Shown: positions 6,758 to 16,291, numbered from the stretch's first letter. The stretch: DNA of 36,272 nt from a virus (IMGVR_UViG_3300044209_000010:1-36272); one strand, 5' to 3'. Notes: generated by a model not told the origin, from the letters alone. Numbers and translations: made by a program.

Positions 6758-9390
6758 CAGCCGAAGATCCCGTTCTCATAGAAGCCGAGCGAGGACCCGC
6801 CGCCGCCGCCGAACAGGCCGGAGATCGCATCGTACCCGGCCTTCGCGCCGCTGATGAGCTGCGGCGCGTTGTAGAGCGCCGAGCCGATGCCCAGCCCGCC
6901 CGCGAGCACGTTCGCCATGGTGTTGCTCGACGCCCCCGGCGCTATCTGCTGGGTGCCGCTGCTGTAGCCGTTCAGCCCCTGCTGCAGGATGCCGAGCTGC
7001 GTCAGCGGGTAGTTCTGCCCCGCCGCCCACTGATTGTACTCGTTGGTCAGCGCCGCCTGCCCCTGCGCCTGGTGCGCGGCCCCCGCGCCCGACAGCGCGT
7101 TGGCGTAGCCCAGTTGCTGCTGCTGCTGATCCATGCCCATGCCGCTCAGGGCGTTGGCCGCCGACAGCCGCGTGTTGGCGGCGTTCTGGGCGGCCGACTG
7201 GTTCGCCAGCCCGGCGCGCAGGTTCAGATCGGAATTGAACTGACCGGCCTCGTTAACCGCCGCCGCCTGCCCCGCCGAGGCGGTGTTGTGGGCCGCCGCC
7301 GTCTGCTCGTTGGCGCGCTGCTGGTTGGTCGCGTTGTACTGCAGCATCTGGTTGGCGGCGTCGGCCTGCGCCCGGCTCTGGGCGTTCTGCTGCAGGCTGT
7401 TCTGCAAATTGGCGGCTTGACTCAGGCCGGCGTTGTACTGCGCCATTTCGTTCGCCATCGCGGCCTGGCTTTGCGACGCCGCGTTGTGCGCCTGCGCCGT
7501 CTGACTGTTGGCCGTCTGCTGAAGCTGCGCCTGCAGCGCCGAGCGGTCGTTCGTCGCGGCCATGTTCTGCAAGCCGGTCTGCTGCTGGTAGCCGCTGGTG
7601 ACCTGGTTGGCCTGCTGCTGCAGATTGGCCTGGAGATCCTGGCGGTCGTTCAGGGCCGACATGTTGTTGGCGGCCGCCTGCTGCTGCAATCCCGCGTTGT
7701 ACTGGCTCTGGGAATTGGTCTGGCCGGTGTTGTAGATCGATGCCTGATTTTGGGCGGCGCTGTTCGCGAGGTTGACGTTTTGCTGCTGGCTGGCGTTGAA
7801 ATCGGCCCGCGCATTGGCTGCGGCTTGGTTCGCGGCACTCGCGTTTTGCTGGAAACCGGCGTTCGTGCTGGCGGCGTTTTGGGCGAGATTGCTGTTCTGG
7901 AGGTTGGCGGCCTGCAACAGCCCGGCGTTGTACTGGTTCTGGCTATTGATCGCGGCTTGGTTGTTGGCCCCCGCCTGCTGCGCATAGCCGCTGTTGGTCT
8001 GCGCGGCCTGTTGCCGCAAGCCGGTGTCGTAGGCCGCCCGCTCGTTGATGGCCGCCATGTTCGCGGCGTTGGCGGCCTGCCCGTAGCCGCTCGACACGCG
8101 GTTGGCCTCCTGCGCCAACTGCGCCTGCAGGTCGCCACGGGAATTGGCCGCCCCGGCGTTCCATTGCGACGCGGTCTGCTGCTGGCCCGCGTTGAACTGG
8201 CTCTGGGCATTGCCCGCCAGCATGTTCTGCAAACCGGCCTGCTGGGCGTTCGAGGTGTTCAGGTTTCCGACATTCCAATCCTGGCCCTGGTTCGCGAGCT
8301 GTGCGTTGAGCGCACGCTGCTGGTCGGTCTGGATCGCGGCCTGCGCCTGGGCGAAGTTCGTGTTGTTCAACCCGGCGATGGTCTGCGCCGCCGTGTCGAG
8401 ATAGGCCCGGTTGTTCTCGGCATTGGCAACCGCCTGTCGCGAACCGCCGAACGCCCCGGCCTTCGCAGCCGCCGCGTTGGTCTGCTGGTTCAGCAGATCA
8501 TTCCTGCGGCCAAGCTGCTGCATGCTCGCATCGATGACGGACGAGGTGTACGGGTTGAGATACGACTGCAGGTTGGCTTCGGTGAAATTCTGGCTCGCGA
8601 CGTTGCGGATATCGCCGCGCGCCAGTTGGGCGGCGTTCATCTGGCCTGCGGGTCCCGCCAGCGAAGCCTGCATCTGGGCGGCCGGCCCGGCGTTCGCCAT
8701 AGCCATCTGCGCCGCCGCCATCTGGCTCGCGGGACCAGCCTGCTGCGCCTGCATCGAAGCCGCGTTCATCTGCGCGGCAGGACCTGCGCTCGCGGCGGCC
8801 ATCCTGGCGGCCTGCATCTGCGCCGGGGTCATGGTCGCGGCGTTGCCGGCCAGGGCGGCCTGCGCGGCGTAGCTCTGAGCCTGCGCCGCGTTCCCGGCGG
8901 AGGCTGCGTTCATGGTCGAGGCGGGTCCGGCGTTGGCGGCCTGCATCGCCGCCGCCTGAGCCTGCGCCGCCGCCCCGGCGTTGGCGGCACTCGTGTTGGT
9001 CACCGACTGGAGGTGCGCCGGTCCGGCGTTCGCGGCGTTGGCCCCGTAAAACGCGGGCAGATGCCCCGCCCCGGCCGAGGCGGCCTGAGTGTTGGTGACC
9101 GCCTGCAGCGCGGGCGTGTAGCCTCCCGGCTGCACCTGCTGCCCCTGGAACGCGGCGGCTCCCTGCGCCGCCTGCTGGCCAGCATCCATCGCCGCGCCGC
9201 CGATGTTGTTCGTCGCCGCGTTCACCGCCGTGTTGTAGCCCTGCGCCTGCGCCGGGTCCCAGCCCGCCAGCATGTTGCCTTGATACTGCTGATATGGCTT
9301 GTTGGCGATCTGCTGGGCGAGCCCGAAGTTGGACTGCGCGGCGTTGGCGGCCCAGCCCGTCGGGGTGGTCGTCGTGGTCGTTAGTGCCAT
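6757..9390 (-). CDS. Repeat-rich DNA pilot/ejection-type virion protein (877 aa)
   Basis: A/Q/N-rich; central YLNPY..AGAFGGSR motif; 5/6-aa and 11-aa repeat arrays; Gly-rich hydrophobic C-terminus. Confidence 0.75.
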   Translation of the reverse strand: MALTTTTTTPTGWAANAAQSNFGLAQQIANKPYQQYQGNMLAGWDPAQAQGYNTAVNAATNNIGGAAMDAGQQAAQGAAAFQGQQVQPGGYTPALQAVTNTQAASAGAGHLPAFYGANAANAGPAHLQSVTNTSAANAGAAAQAQAAAMQAANAGPASTMNAASAGNAAQAQSYAAQAALAGNAATMTPAQMQAARMAAASAGPAAQMNAASMQAQQAGPASQMAAAQMAMANAGPAAQMQASLAGPAGQMNAAQLARGDIRNVASQNFTEANLQSYLNPYTSSVIDASMQQLGRRNDLLNQQTNAAAAKAGAFGGSRQAVANAENNRAYLDTAAQTIAGLNNTNFAQAQAAIQTDQQRALNAQLANQGQDWNVGNLNTSNAQQAGLQNMLAGNAQSQFNAGQQQTASQWNAGAANSRGDLQAQLAQEANRVSSGYGQAANAANMAAINERAAYDTGLRQQAAQTNSGYAQQAGANNQAAINSQNQYNAGLLQAANLQNSNLAQNAASTNAGFQQNASAANQAAANARADFNASQQQNVNLANSAAQNQASIYNTGQTNSQSQYNAGLQQQAAANNMSALNDRQDLQANLQQQANQVTSGYQQQTGLQNMAATNDRSALQAQLQQTANSQTAQAHNAASQSQAAMANEMAQYNAGLSQAANLQNSLQQNAQSRAQADAANQMLQYNATNQQRANEQTAAAHNTASAGQAAAVNEAGQFNSDLNLRAGLANQSAAQNAANTRLSAANALSGMGMDQQQQQLGYANALSGAGAAHQAQGQAALTNEYNQWAAGQNYPLTQLGILQQGLNGYSSGTQQIAPGASSNTMANVLAGGLGIGSALYNAPQLISGAKAGYDAISGLFGGGGGSSLGFYENGIFG

Positions 9391-9393
9391 GGC

Positions 9394-10908
9394 TTATCTC
9401 CGCGAACCGGTTTGCGTCATGTCCAACCGGACCGCGCCAAGTCTCCAAAATGACGGCGCGCTGGCGCTGTCGATACGGATCGCCATCTGCCGCGCCGTCG
9501 CGCGAAGGTCCACGCGCTCGGTCGTCGGCAGCACCGTATACGGCCCGTGCTCCGTCTCCGCCCCGGCCGGCCACTGGCGGCCCTTGAGCGTGATGGTCAA
9601 GCCGCCGGCCATGTCTTCCACGTCCGGGACGATCCGCGTCACCGCCATGAGCGCGTCGCCGTCGCCGATATCCGATGGCGCGCTTTCCAGATGCGCGACG
9701 ATGGCGCCGCCGTCCGCTGACGACAGCCGCTCATGGAAGTACAGGTAGCCATCCGTGTCCGTCGCCAGCGGGTGCTGCCACACCCCGGCGTCTACCCAGG
9801 CGGTTCTATCCCAGGTGCCAATCGACCAATGGTTCTCGGCGTAATTGTATATGACGTAGCGCGAGCACTCGTTGCCGTCGCGCTGATCGGGATAGAACCA
9901 CCACACTTCGCTATTGGCCGAATTGCCGCCCGCATAAACCTTGTCGCTCTGCACCCAGGACAGGTTATCCATGACGTACCGCTTCACCGGGCAGGGAATG
10001 ATCTGCGGCGCGCCGCCGGAGTATACGAAAAACTCGCCGCTGGAGCTTAGCCAGTAGGCCGCGCCGTTGACTTCCACCGCCGCGTTCGGCCCGATCAGGC
10101 CGCACCCCTGCCCCAGCAGCTCGGCGCCGTAGACCAGCAGCGGGTCGCCCAGGTAGGTCAGGCTATACAAACTGGTATCGGTCCAAACCAAATTGGTCTT
10201 GCGGCTCGCCATGCCGCGCACGATGCGGCCGCCTTGGCTCAGGATCAGATCGCCCGACTGGTTGGTGGCGCTTGGTGTCCAGTTGGTGTTGTCCTCCTGA
10301 TCGCTCCAGCGCAACATCATCGGGTTGTAGGTCGATCCGCCGAACTCGGTTGCCCCGCCGCACATCACGATCCTCTCGGCGGTCACCCACATGCAGCCGA
10401 TCTCATCCGGCGCTGATGTGATCTCGGCCGCTGGCGTGCCGGTGTTCCCCGTCCACTCGTACAGGGTGCCACTCCTCGGGCTCGCCAGCAGATACTCGCC
10501 CCAGTTGGCGAGGCTCCAGGTGCGCGGGAAATAGTCCCCGGTTGACGGCGTGCCATAGGTGCCGGTGCCATAAGTGCCGGTGCCGTAGCCCAGGCCGCCG
10601 GTACCGTCCTCGTTGCCCGCCGCCAGTCCAGCGGGCGTGATGTCATACAACCCGCCGCCATAAAACACCCACAACGCCTCGTGCGTCCCGATGCCGACGC
10701 GCGGCGCCCCGTCGTTGCCCGCCCAAGCGTGCAGCCCCCGGCAGATCCCGCTGAACTGCTGCGTGCTGGCCCGCTCCCAGCCGCCGATGGTCTGCGCCTG
10801 CCCCTGGCGGAACCGGACCTTGTCGGCATCCACGAAGCCGCCCTCGGCCGCCAGCGGGGCGTCGTCTTTGACCACGCCCGGCCGGAATGTCACTTTGGTC
10901 AGCGTCAC
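9394..10908 (-). CDS. Tail stabilisation/nozzle-like (beta-propeller) protein
   Basis: GTG at 10908 overlaps the tail-fibre stop; MLRWSDQED..W and EVWWFYP motifs; position between the fibre and ejection genes. Confidence 0.7.
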   Translation of the reverse strand: MTLTKVTFRPGVVKDDAPLAAEGGFVDADKVRFRQGQAQTIGGWERASTQQFSGICRGLHAWAGNDGAPRVGIGTHEALWVFYGGGLYDITPAGLAAGNEDGTGGLGYGTGTYGTGTYGTPSTGDYFPRTWSLANWGEYLLASPRSGTLYEWTGNTGTPAAEITSAPDEIGCMWVTAERIVMCGGATEFGGSTYNPMMLRWSDQEDNTNWTPSATNQSGDLILSQGGRIVRGMASRKTNLVWTDTSLYSLTYLGDPLLVYGAELLGQGCGLIGPNAAVEVNGAAYWLSSSGEFFVYSGGAPQIIPCPVKRYVMDNLSWVQSDKVYAGGNSANSEVWWFYPDQRDGNECSRYVIYNYAENHWSIGTWDRTAWVDAGVWQHPLATDTDGYLYFHERLSSADGGAIVAHLESAPSDIGDGDALMAVTRIVPDVEDMAGGLTITLKGRQWPAGAETEHGPYTVLPTTERVDLRATARQMAIRIDSASAPSFWRLGAVRLDMTQTGSRR

Positions 10909-12527
10909 GACGTGTAATCCACCCAGGCCATGCCGCGCCATTTGGTGCCGCCGTCGTCGGTGAGAAATTTGAAGAGGTGCACCTTGCTGGTGTTCAGCGT
11001 CGGCGTCGTGGCTGCCGGCCATGTCACCGATGCGGGCCATGTGATGGCCCCGGATGTGTGGATCACCTTCAGGGTGAACTCGAAGAACCCCGTCGTCGGC
11101 GGGCTGCTGAAGACGAAGCTCGACGCCCCGTTGATCGTCCGCGTGAAATACTGCCCCAGCGTCAGGTCGAGCGTGCTGGTCGCCGCCGCCACCACATCCG
11201 CGACCGTGCGCCCGGCAACCCGCGTCGTCCCGGCCAGGACCGGCGAGCTGTTCGCCAGGTCCGTTTCCCCCGCCCAGGCCGTGAAGCCGGACGGCGGCGC
11301 GTAACTGAATTCCTGCCTCGCCAGCCGGAGCGTGAAGGTCTGCGACGATGTCGAGCCGACAGCCGGAAAAACGGTGCCGCTCACGTCGGTCATGCCCGCA
11401 TTGGTGCCCGCCGCCGGATCGCCGCTGGCGAACCAGGAGCCGTTGCGCGCCGCCCAGAACTTGCCGGTGTCCAAGTCCACCGCGACGCCGAAGACATCGC
11501 CCGCCGCCGGCGTGAACGCGCCCACGGTCGTTACCGCCGTGCCGCTGGCGTGGTAATAGCCATCGGTCGCGGCGTTCGCCAAACTCCAGCCGGCGGCTAT
11601 CGCCCCGATATTCGAGCTGGCGGTTGAGATGGAATAGGCCGAGGTGACCACGCCGAAGGACATCAGCGAAGTCCCGGCATCGACCCTCACCTCGAAGTAG
11701 TATTTGCCCGATGCCCGGCCGATCCCGCTCCGCGCCGCCCGCGAAACGGCCCCCCCGGTCGCCATGGCCCGACCCTGGTTGCTGAGCGTCACGGCGGTCG
11801 CGTCGTAGCTCTCGAAGCCCCGGTTGAGCCCCTGGACCGCGCTTTGCCCGGACGACAGGGCGGCGGAGGTCGCGGCCTCCGCCGCCGAAGCCGCCGAAGC
11901 CGTGGCCGAAGCCGCCGCCGCCGTGGCGCTGGAGGCTGCGCTTGTGGCGCTGCCGGCCGCCGCCAAGGCGCTGGCGGCCGCCCCCGTCGCGTCAACCGCG
12001 CTCGCCGCCGCGTCCACGTAGGTCTTGGTCGTCGCGTCGGTGCCAAGGGTCGGAGTGCCCAGGCCGGTGATCTTCTGGCCGTTCAGGTCCAGCGCCGCTG
12101 TCGGAGCCGGGGTCTGGTCCAGCCGAGGCGTCGCGCGGTACACGTCCGTCGCATCGCAATAGACCCACTGCGGCCCGCCGCGCAGCGCGTAGCCGCTCCC
12201 GGCCGCCGTCTTGATCGTCAGGCTGTACGCGCCCTGCGTCGCGTTGTTGACGACGAGGTACAGCTTCTCGACGTTCGGCACCGTGATGGTGCTGTTCGCC
12301 GACAGGGTGCCGGTCAGCACCAGCGCCGCCTTTCTGGCCTGATCGGTCGCATAGTTCGTGGATGTGAGGGTTGTCGCCGTGCCGCTGATCGTGATGGCCT
12401 GGACGCCCGCGATAGCCTCGTCCAGCCGCTCCAGCGCGTCGTTCAGCCTGTTCGAGCCCCAGGTGTTCAAATTCTCGCCGAGTGATTGCAATTCTACCCG
12501 TAGACGTGTACTAGGAGTTGAAACCAT
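10905..12527 (-). CDS. Tail fibre protein with SPRY/ConA-like domain
   Basis: N-terminal GEN.NTWG anchor, DATTKTYVD, Ala/Ser stalk, GKYYFEV..GDVFGVAVDLDTGKFW SPRY-like pattern, C-terminal beta-sandwich. Confidence 0.8.
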   Translation of the reverse strand: MVSTPSTRLRVELQSLGENLNTWGSNRLNDALERLDEAIAGVQAITISGTATTLTSTNYATDQARKAALVLTGTLSANSTITVPNVEKLYLVVNNATQGAYSLTIKTAAGSGYALRGGPQWVYCDATDVYRATPRLDQTPAPTAALDLNGQKITGLGTPTLGTDATTKTYVDAAASAVDATGAAASALAAAGSATSAASSATAAAASATASAASAAEAATSAALSSGQSAVQGLNRGFESYDATAVTLSNQGRAMATGGAVSRAARSGIGRASGKYYFEVRVDAGTSLMSFGVVTSAYSISTASSNIGAIAAGWSLANAATDGYYHASGTAVTTVGAFTPAAGDVFGVAVDLDTGKFWAARNGSWFASGDPAAGTNAGMTDVSGTVFPAVGSTSSQTFTLRLARQEFSYAPPSGFTAWAGETDLANSSPVLAGTTRVAGRTVADVVAAATSTLDLTLGQYFTRTINGASSFVFSSPPTTGFFEFTLKVIHTSGAITWPASVTWPAATTPTLNTSKVHLFKFLTDDGGTKWRGMAWVDYTS

Positions 12528-13345
12528 TACCTGTTCTCCGAGCGAATTCTTGCGACAACATCGGCGTATTTCTTGCCGGAACGGATGTTGTGAATGAGCG
12601 TGTAGGACTTCCCGAACTCGTCAGCGATATCTTGGGTTATGCGCGTGTCGGCCAGGATCGCCCGGATATCGTCTTCGGTCAGCGTGCGGTTGGCAATGTT
12701 CCGGGCGGAAATGTGCGGCAGATGCTTGCCACGCTTCTTCTCCCCCGTCCGCCGCGCCAGTTCCGGATCGCGCCGCATATGGTGGAGATCACCCCGCTTG
12801 TGAGGTTTTGGGCCAGTCCGGAACTTCAGGTTCCGCTCGACAACTTCGGGCGGCAGCGTGGCGCAGACATTGTCGTACAAGTCCTTGTAGATCTTCCCGC
12901 GCGCGATTGAACTCACAGCGCCTTTGCTCAAGCCATACTGCGCGCAAATCTCTTTCGCCTGCCTCGTGTCCAGCAGGATCGCCCGAATGTCGTCTTCCGT
13001 CAGTTTCCGGTTGGCTCGGTTCCGCGCCGTCGTCCATGTGGACGTGATGCCCATCAGCCCGCCGCCGCCCGCCGTCTGGTTGTAGCCGCGCCAGCCGAAC
13101 GTGCCGTGCTCCGCGATCAGCCGGACTTCGGCAGTGTTCAGCGCTGCCAGATCATCGTGCTGCTCCAGCACTTCGGCTGTGAATACATCCAGCCCGCGAT
13201 TGCGCATTGAGACATGAAGCGGTGCCGCCGAGGCGGTATTCATCGCTTCATGAACATGGTCCGCGACACGATGCTTAAGTGATCGCGTTGAAATGCCGAT
13301 GTAACTGCGACCGGTGACTGTGTTGGTGATTTTGTAGACGATCAT
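12527..13345 (-). CDS. Free-standing GIY-YIG homing endonuclease with two HTH-like repeats
   Basis: MIVYKITNTVTGRSYIG..R..E..GYNQTAGG; duplicated NR(K/T)LTEDDIRAIL.DTR modules; TAATG overlap with the tail-fibre gene. Confidence 0.85.
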   Translation of the reverse strand: MIVYKITNTVTGRSYIGISTRSLKHRVADHVHEAMNTASAAPLHVSMRNRGLDVFTAEVLEQHDDLAALNTAEVRLIAEHGTFGWRGYNQTAGGGGLMGITSTWTTARNRANRKLTEDDIRAILLDTRQAKEICAQYGLSKGAVSSIARGKIYKDLYDNVCATLPPEVVERNLKFRTGPKPHKRGDLHHMRRDPELARRTGEKKRGKHLPHISARNIANRTLTEDDIRAILADTRITQDIADEFGKSYTLIHNIRSGKKYADVVARIRSENR

Positions 13346-13473
13346 GGTGGCCTTGGCGTCACCGAGGATCGTCACGCGCGGCTTGATGGTTTTCATGCCG
13401 AATTTTAGCATTCCGGCATGGTAGGCCGTTACGGAACTATCGCCCCAGACATTGACATTTGCGGATACCACGT

Positions 13474-13725
13474 TCAATCCACCACCGTCGAGTTGGGTCT
13501 TCTCCACGAAACCCCGTCGCTATAAGCCGGCACCGCGCCGCCCGTGGCATCGCTCACGAAAATCCAGCCGCCGACCCAAGCCGCCGGGTCCGGCAGATCG
13601 GCGACGACGAAGGAGGCGAGCACCACGGGGAAGCCGCGCGCCCGCGTCGCGGCCAGTTCGCGGGCCACATCGTCGGCGAACCGCTGCGCCCAGGGGGGCG
13701 CGTCCCGGCTGATCGTGATCGCCAT
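13474..13725 (-). CDS. Small virion/tail-associated protein (83 aa)
   Basis: TGATG coupling; IFVSDATGGAVPAYSDGVSWRR beta motif. Confidence 0.7.
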   Translation of the reverse strand: MAITISRDAPPWAQRFADDVARELAATRARGFPVVLASFVVADLPDPAAWVGGWIFVSDATGGAVPAYSDGVSWRRPNSTVVD

Positions 13726-14441
13726 CAGGCGGTATTGTCACTTCGGCTTAACTCCATCCAGGATGCCCCGGAATCCAGGAGTACCAGCCTGTCATCGGCG
13801 TGGCTCAGCGTGAAATCGCCCGCCAGCCGCAGGTTTCCCGTGCCGTCCTTCACCACCACGTCGCGCGTGCTGCTGGCCGCGCGCAGGATCAGGATCATGC
13901 CGGCCGTCCCGCCGGATATGGTGTCGAGGTCGTCGGTCGCGGCCGCCGCTTCGGTGTCAATGCTGTGGAGGCCGTTGGTGACGGTGACGGCCCCGGCCGC
14001 GATGGTCAGGGTCGCTCCCGCCGTCGTGACGAAGCGCCCGCCAGTCACGGCGCCGGTTGCCGTGACAGTGGTGCCGGACACGTTGCCGGTCAGGTTGGCC
14101 GTGATCGTCCCGGCCGCGAAGTTGCCCGAGGCGTCCCGCGCGACAATTTTGCTCGCCGTGTTCAGGTTGGTGGCATCGACCGCCCAGGTCGTGGCCGCCG
14201 CGCCGTCATAGTTGCTCCCGGTCAGATAGGTGCCGCGCGTCAGCGTGTTCGCCACCTTGGCCGCGGTCGTCGCGGTCGAGGCGTTGCCGGCCAGGGCGCC
14301 CGCGAAGGTCGGAGCGGTCACCGTCCCCGTGAAGGTCGGCGAGGCGAGCGGAGCCTTGAGCCCCAGCGCCGTGGCGATGGCGTTGAAGCGGTCGATCAGG
14401 CTCGTGCCGTTGACCAGCGACAGGTCGAACCACGTCGCCAT
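13725..14441 (-). CDS. Short tail-fibre-like protein
   Basis: KAPLASPTFTG and IVARDASGNFAAG fibre motifs; Thr/Gly-rich; ATG at 14441 (TAATG overlap). Confidence 0.7.
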   Translation of the reverse strand: MATWFDLSLVNGTSLIDRFNAIATALGLKAPLASPTFTGTVTAPTFAGALAGNASTATTAAKVANTLTRGTYLTGSNYDGAAATTWAVDATNLNTASKIVARDASGNFAAGTITANLTGNVSGTTVTATGAVTGGRFVTTAGATLTIAAGAVTVTNGLHSIDTEAAAATDDLDTISGGTAGMILILRAASSTRDVVVKDGTGNLRLAGDFTLSHADDRLVLLDSGASWMELSRSDNTA

Positions 14442-15043
14442 TACCAATGGCCCTCGGTCCGAATGACCAGCGGGCCGGGATATTCGGCGGCATCGTCGGA
14501 CGCCTGCAGCCCGTCCAGCGCCTGGGTGTACAGCGTGCCCCAGGTCTGCATCCGCGCATCGTCCAGCAGATACGGCGCCGCCTGGAGCAGCGAGCCGTAC
14601 AGGTAGATGCCGGGCGAGGCTGCCAGAACGTGGTTGCTGGTGTTGCTATCGCTCAGCGCCGGGATGCGCGCGTAGTAGCGCAGCGTCACCGTGCCGTCCC
14701 CCACCTGGGTGGGCGAAACCACCAGCGTATCGCCGTCGATGCCGTACCAGCGGGCATCCCCGCCCCGGTAGGCGTTCGAGAACTGGGCCGTATCGGCATC
14801 GGCCGCGAAGCCGAGATGCCCGTAGTCCGCAAGCTCGACCGAGCGCACCGCGAGGCAGTCGTCCGGCAGCGCGCCGCCCGTCGCATCCACCGTCACCGTC
14901 GTCAGCATCGCCCGCAGCCGAAGCTTGGCGTTCATGTCGGCCTCGGCCAGCGCGATGAAATCCGGGATCGCGGCCGTCAGGTCGTCGCGCATCAGCCAGG
15001 CGGCTATGCTCGCCTGGAGCGCCGCGTACGTGTCCAAGGCCAT
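14441..15043 (-). CDS. Head-tail adaptor (tail tubular protein A-like)
   Basis: TYAALQASIAAWL.RDDLT..IPDFIALAE..YLYGSLLQAAPYL pattern; position after the head genes. Confidence 0.75.
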   Translation of the reverse strand: MALDTYAALQASIAAWLMRDDLTAAIPDFIALAEADMNAKLRLRAMLTTVTVDATGGALPDDCLAVRSVELADYGHLGFAADADTAQFSNAYRGGDARWYGIDGDTLVVSPTQVGDGTVTLRYYARIPALSDSNTSNHVLAASPGIYLYGSLLQAAPYLLDDARMQTWGTLYTQALDGLQASDDAAEYPGPLVIRTEGHW

Positions 15044-15047
15044 ACTG

Positions 15048-15347
15048 TTACGATCCTTCGCCGAACGTGATGTTGACCGAGATCGGGTCCTTGCCGGGGC
15101 TGATCACGGCGACGTGCGTCGCGCCCGTCGGCATCCGCATCATGGAGACCGCCATGGGCAGCACGGCAAGGCTGTTGGCCTGAGCCGCAACCACGGCGGC
15201 GTCACCGAACTCCACCCACAGCGGCCGGTCGCCGAGATTGGTTATCCGGCAGTTGACGCCGCCCACCGGCAGCGCCGCGCGCGTGCTGGCGTCGCCGACC
15301 GCCAGCGCCATGGTTGGCCCCGGCGCGAAGGTCTGTCGAAACCCCAT
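15048..15347 (-). CDS. Hypothetical virion protein (99 aa)
   Basis: ORF in the late operon, beta-rich, tightly packed with neighbours. Confidence 0.65.
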   Translation of the reverse strand: MGFRQTFAPGPTMALAVGDASTRAALPVGGVNCRITNLGDRPLWVEFGDAAVVAAQANSLAVLPMAVSMMRMPTGATHVAVISPGKDPISVNITFGEGS

Positions 15348-15349
15348 GC

Positions 15350-15637
15350 CTAAAGCCGCCCCGGCGCCGTGCGCAGGTACAAATACTCGCTGGAGTTCAG
15401 CAGCCGACGAACGGCTTCCTTGTGGTCGGGATTGAACACGTCCACCCCCAACTCATTTTTCCACTTCTCGATGATAGCCATTGGCACCGACGCAGCCCGC
15501 CGCAACTCGCGCGACGGGCTGTAACCATCGTTCATCGTGTACAGCGCCTTGTTGGCTTCCAGCAGCGGCTCAACGTCGGCTTCGCGATGCACGATCAGCG
15601 AGCCGTCGCCATCCTCAACGAGGCGCGTCCGGATCAT
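15350..15637 (-). CDS. Hypothetical phage protein (95 aa)
   Basis: ATGA coupling; ASVPMAIIEKW..LNSSEYLYLRT. Confidence 0.75.
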   Translation of the reverse strand: MIRTRLVEDGDGSLIVHREADVEPLLEANKALYTMNDGYSPSRELRRAASVPMAIIEKWKNELGVDVFNPDHKEAVRRLLNSSEYLYLRTAPGRL

Positions 15638-16218
15638 TCCGCTTCGTTGCCTTCGACTTTAGCGTTGCGGGCTGAAGCCTTGGGCGCCGGAGCCGGAGCC
15701 GGTTCGGCAGGCGCATCAGCCGAAACGATCCGGCCCGCCTTGGTCTGCACCAAAAGCTCGGCTTCCTCTTTGCTCATGACGGTCTTGGAACCCTTCGCGA
15801 GCGGCCCGCCCTGCCCAACTCCATTGCCCGACCAGAAGGGCTGGTTGTCGGCAGTCGTCTCGAACAGCACTTGGCCCTCGCCCGGCCGCTGCGCTGTGTC
15901 TTCCGGCGCGTCGCTGGGGCTCTGCGGCTTGCGAACCGCTGTCGGCCCGAGAATGCCCGCGTTGGCAACGGCAGGGTCTACAACGTCTAGCAGCACCTGC
16001 CCCCCTTCGCCGTCCGGCTTGGTCCCCGAAACCACAACGTTGGGGTTGAGGCTGGTTGCCTGATCCGTGGTCATGACATCCAAGTCCGGCGTGGTGCCGG
16101 GCTCCGGCATCTTCGACTTCTCAGGCTCAAGAGCCGGGTTAAGTGTCCCCGACGACTTCGCAGCCTCTTCAGCTTCTTCGACCGCCTTCTGTGTCTCTTC
16201 GGCTAGCTTCTTGACCAT
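15634..16218 (-). CDS. Acidic Pro-rich hypothetical protein
   Basis: GGGAGA RBS before ATG at 16218 (MVKKLAEE). Confidence 0.65.
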   Translation of the reverse strand: MVKKLAEETQKAVEEAEEAAKSSGTLNPALEPEKSKMPEPGTTPDLDVMTTDQATSLNPNVVVSGTKPDGEGGQVLLDVVDPAVANAGILGPTAVRKPQSPSDAPEDTAQRPGEGQVLFETTADNQPFWSGNGVGQGGPLAKGSKTVMSKEEAELLVQTKAGRIVSADAPAEPAPAPAPKASARNAKVEGNEAE

Positions 16219-16235
16219 GGTGGTTCTCCCTGGAA

Positions 16236-16270
16236 ATGAAAAAGGCGGCTGACATGAAGTCGCCGCCTTT
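16236..16270 (-). terminator. Rho-independent terminator after the MCP gene
   Basis: AAAGGCGGCGAC-TTCAT-GTCAGCCGCCTTTTT on the minus strand. Confidence 0.75.
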
Positions 16271-16291
16271 GTTGTCAACTCTGCTTAGGTA

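Noticed and set aside
8626-9123. DNA-level repeats as a CRISPR array or a diversity-generating retroelement template
   Set aside because: The repeats are degenerate at codon third positions with no constant repeat/spacer pattern, and no cas or reverse transcriptase gene is present
7072-9384. 770-aa plus-strand ORF (likewise 1964..3748, 5543..6736, 17733..19325, 29592..30608, 32020..33102)
   Set aside because: Antisense shadows of real GC3-rich minus-strand genes; Arg/Gly/Val-rich with no recognisable motifs
13358-13366. ATCCTCGG shared upstream of both GIY-YIG starts and near 28840
   Set aside because: An 8-mer is expected about once or twice by chance in a window of this size and composition; too weak to call a motif
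12527-13507. The two GIY-YIG genes (also 21409..22395) as intron-encoded ORFs
   Set aside because: Flanking genes look complete and no P/Q/R/S elements were found around them; the in-frame upstream extensions are probably not translated
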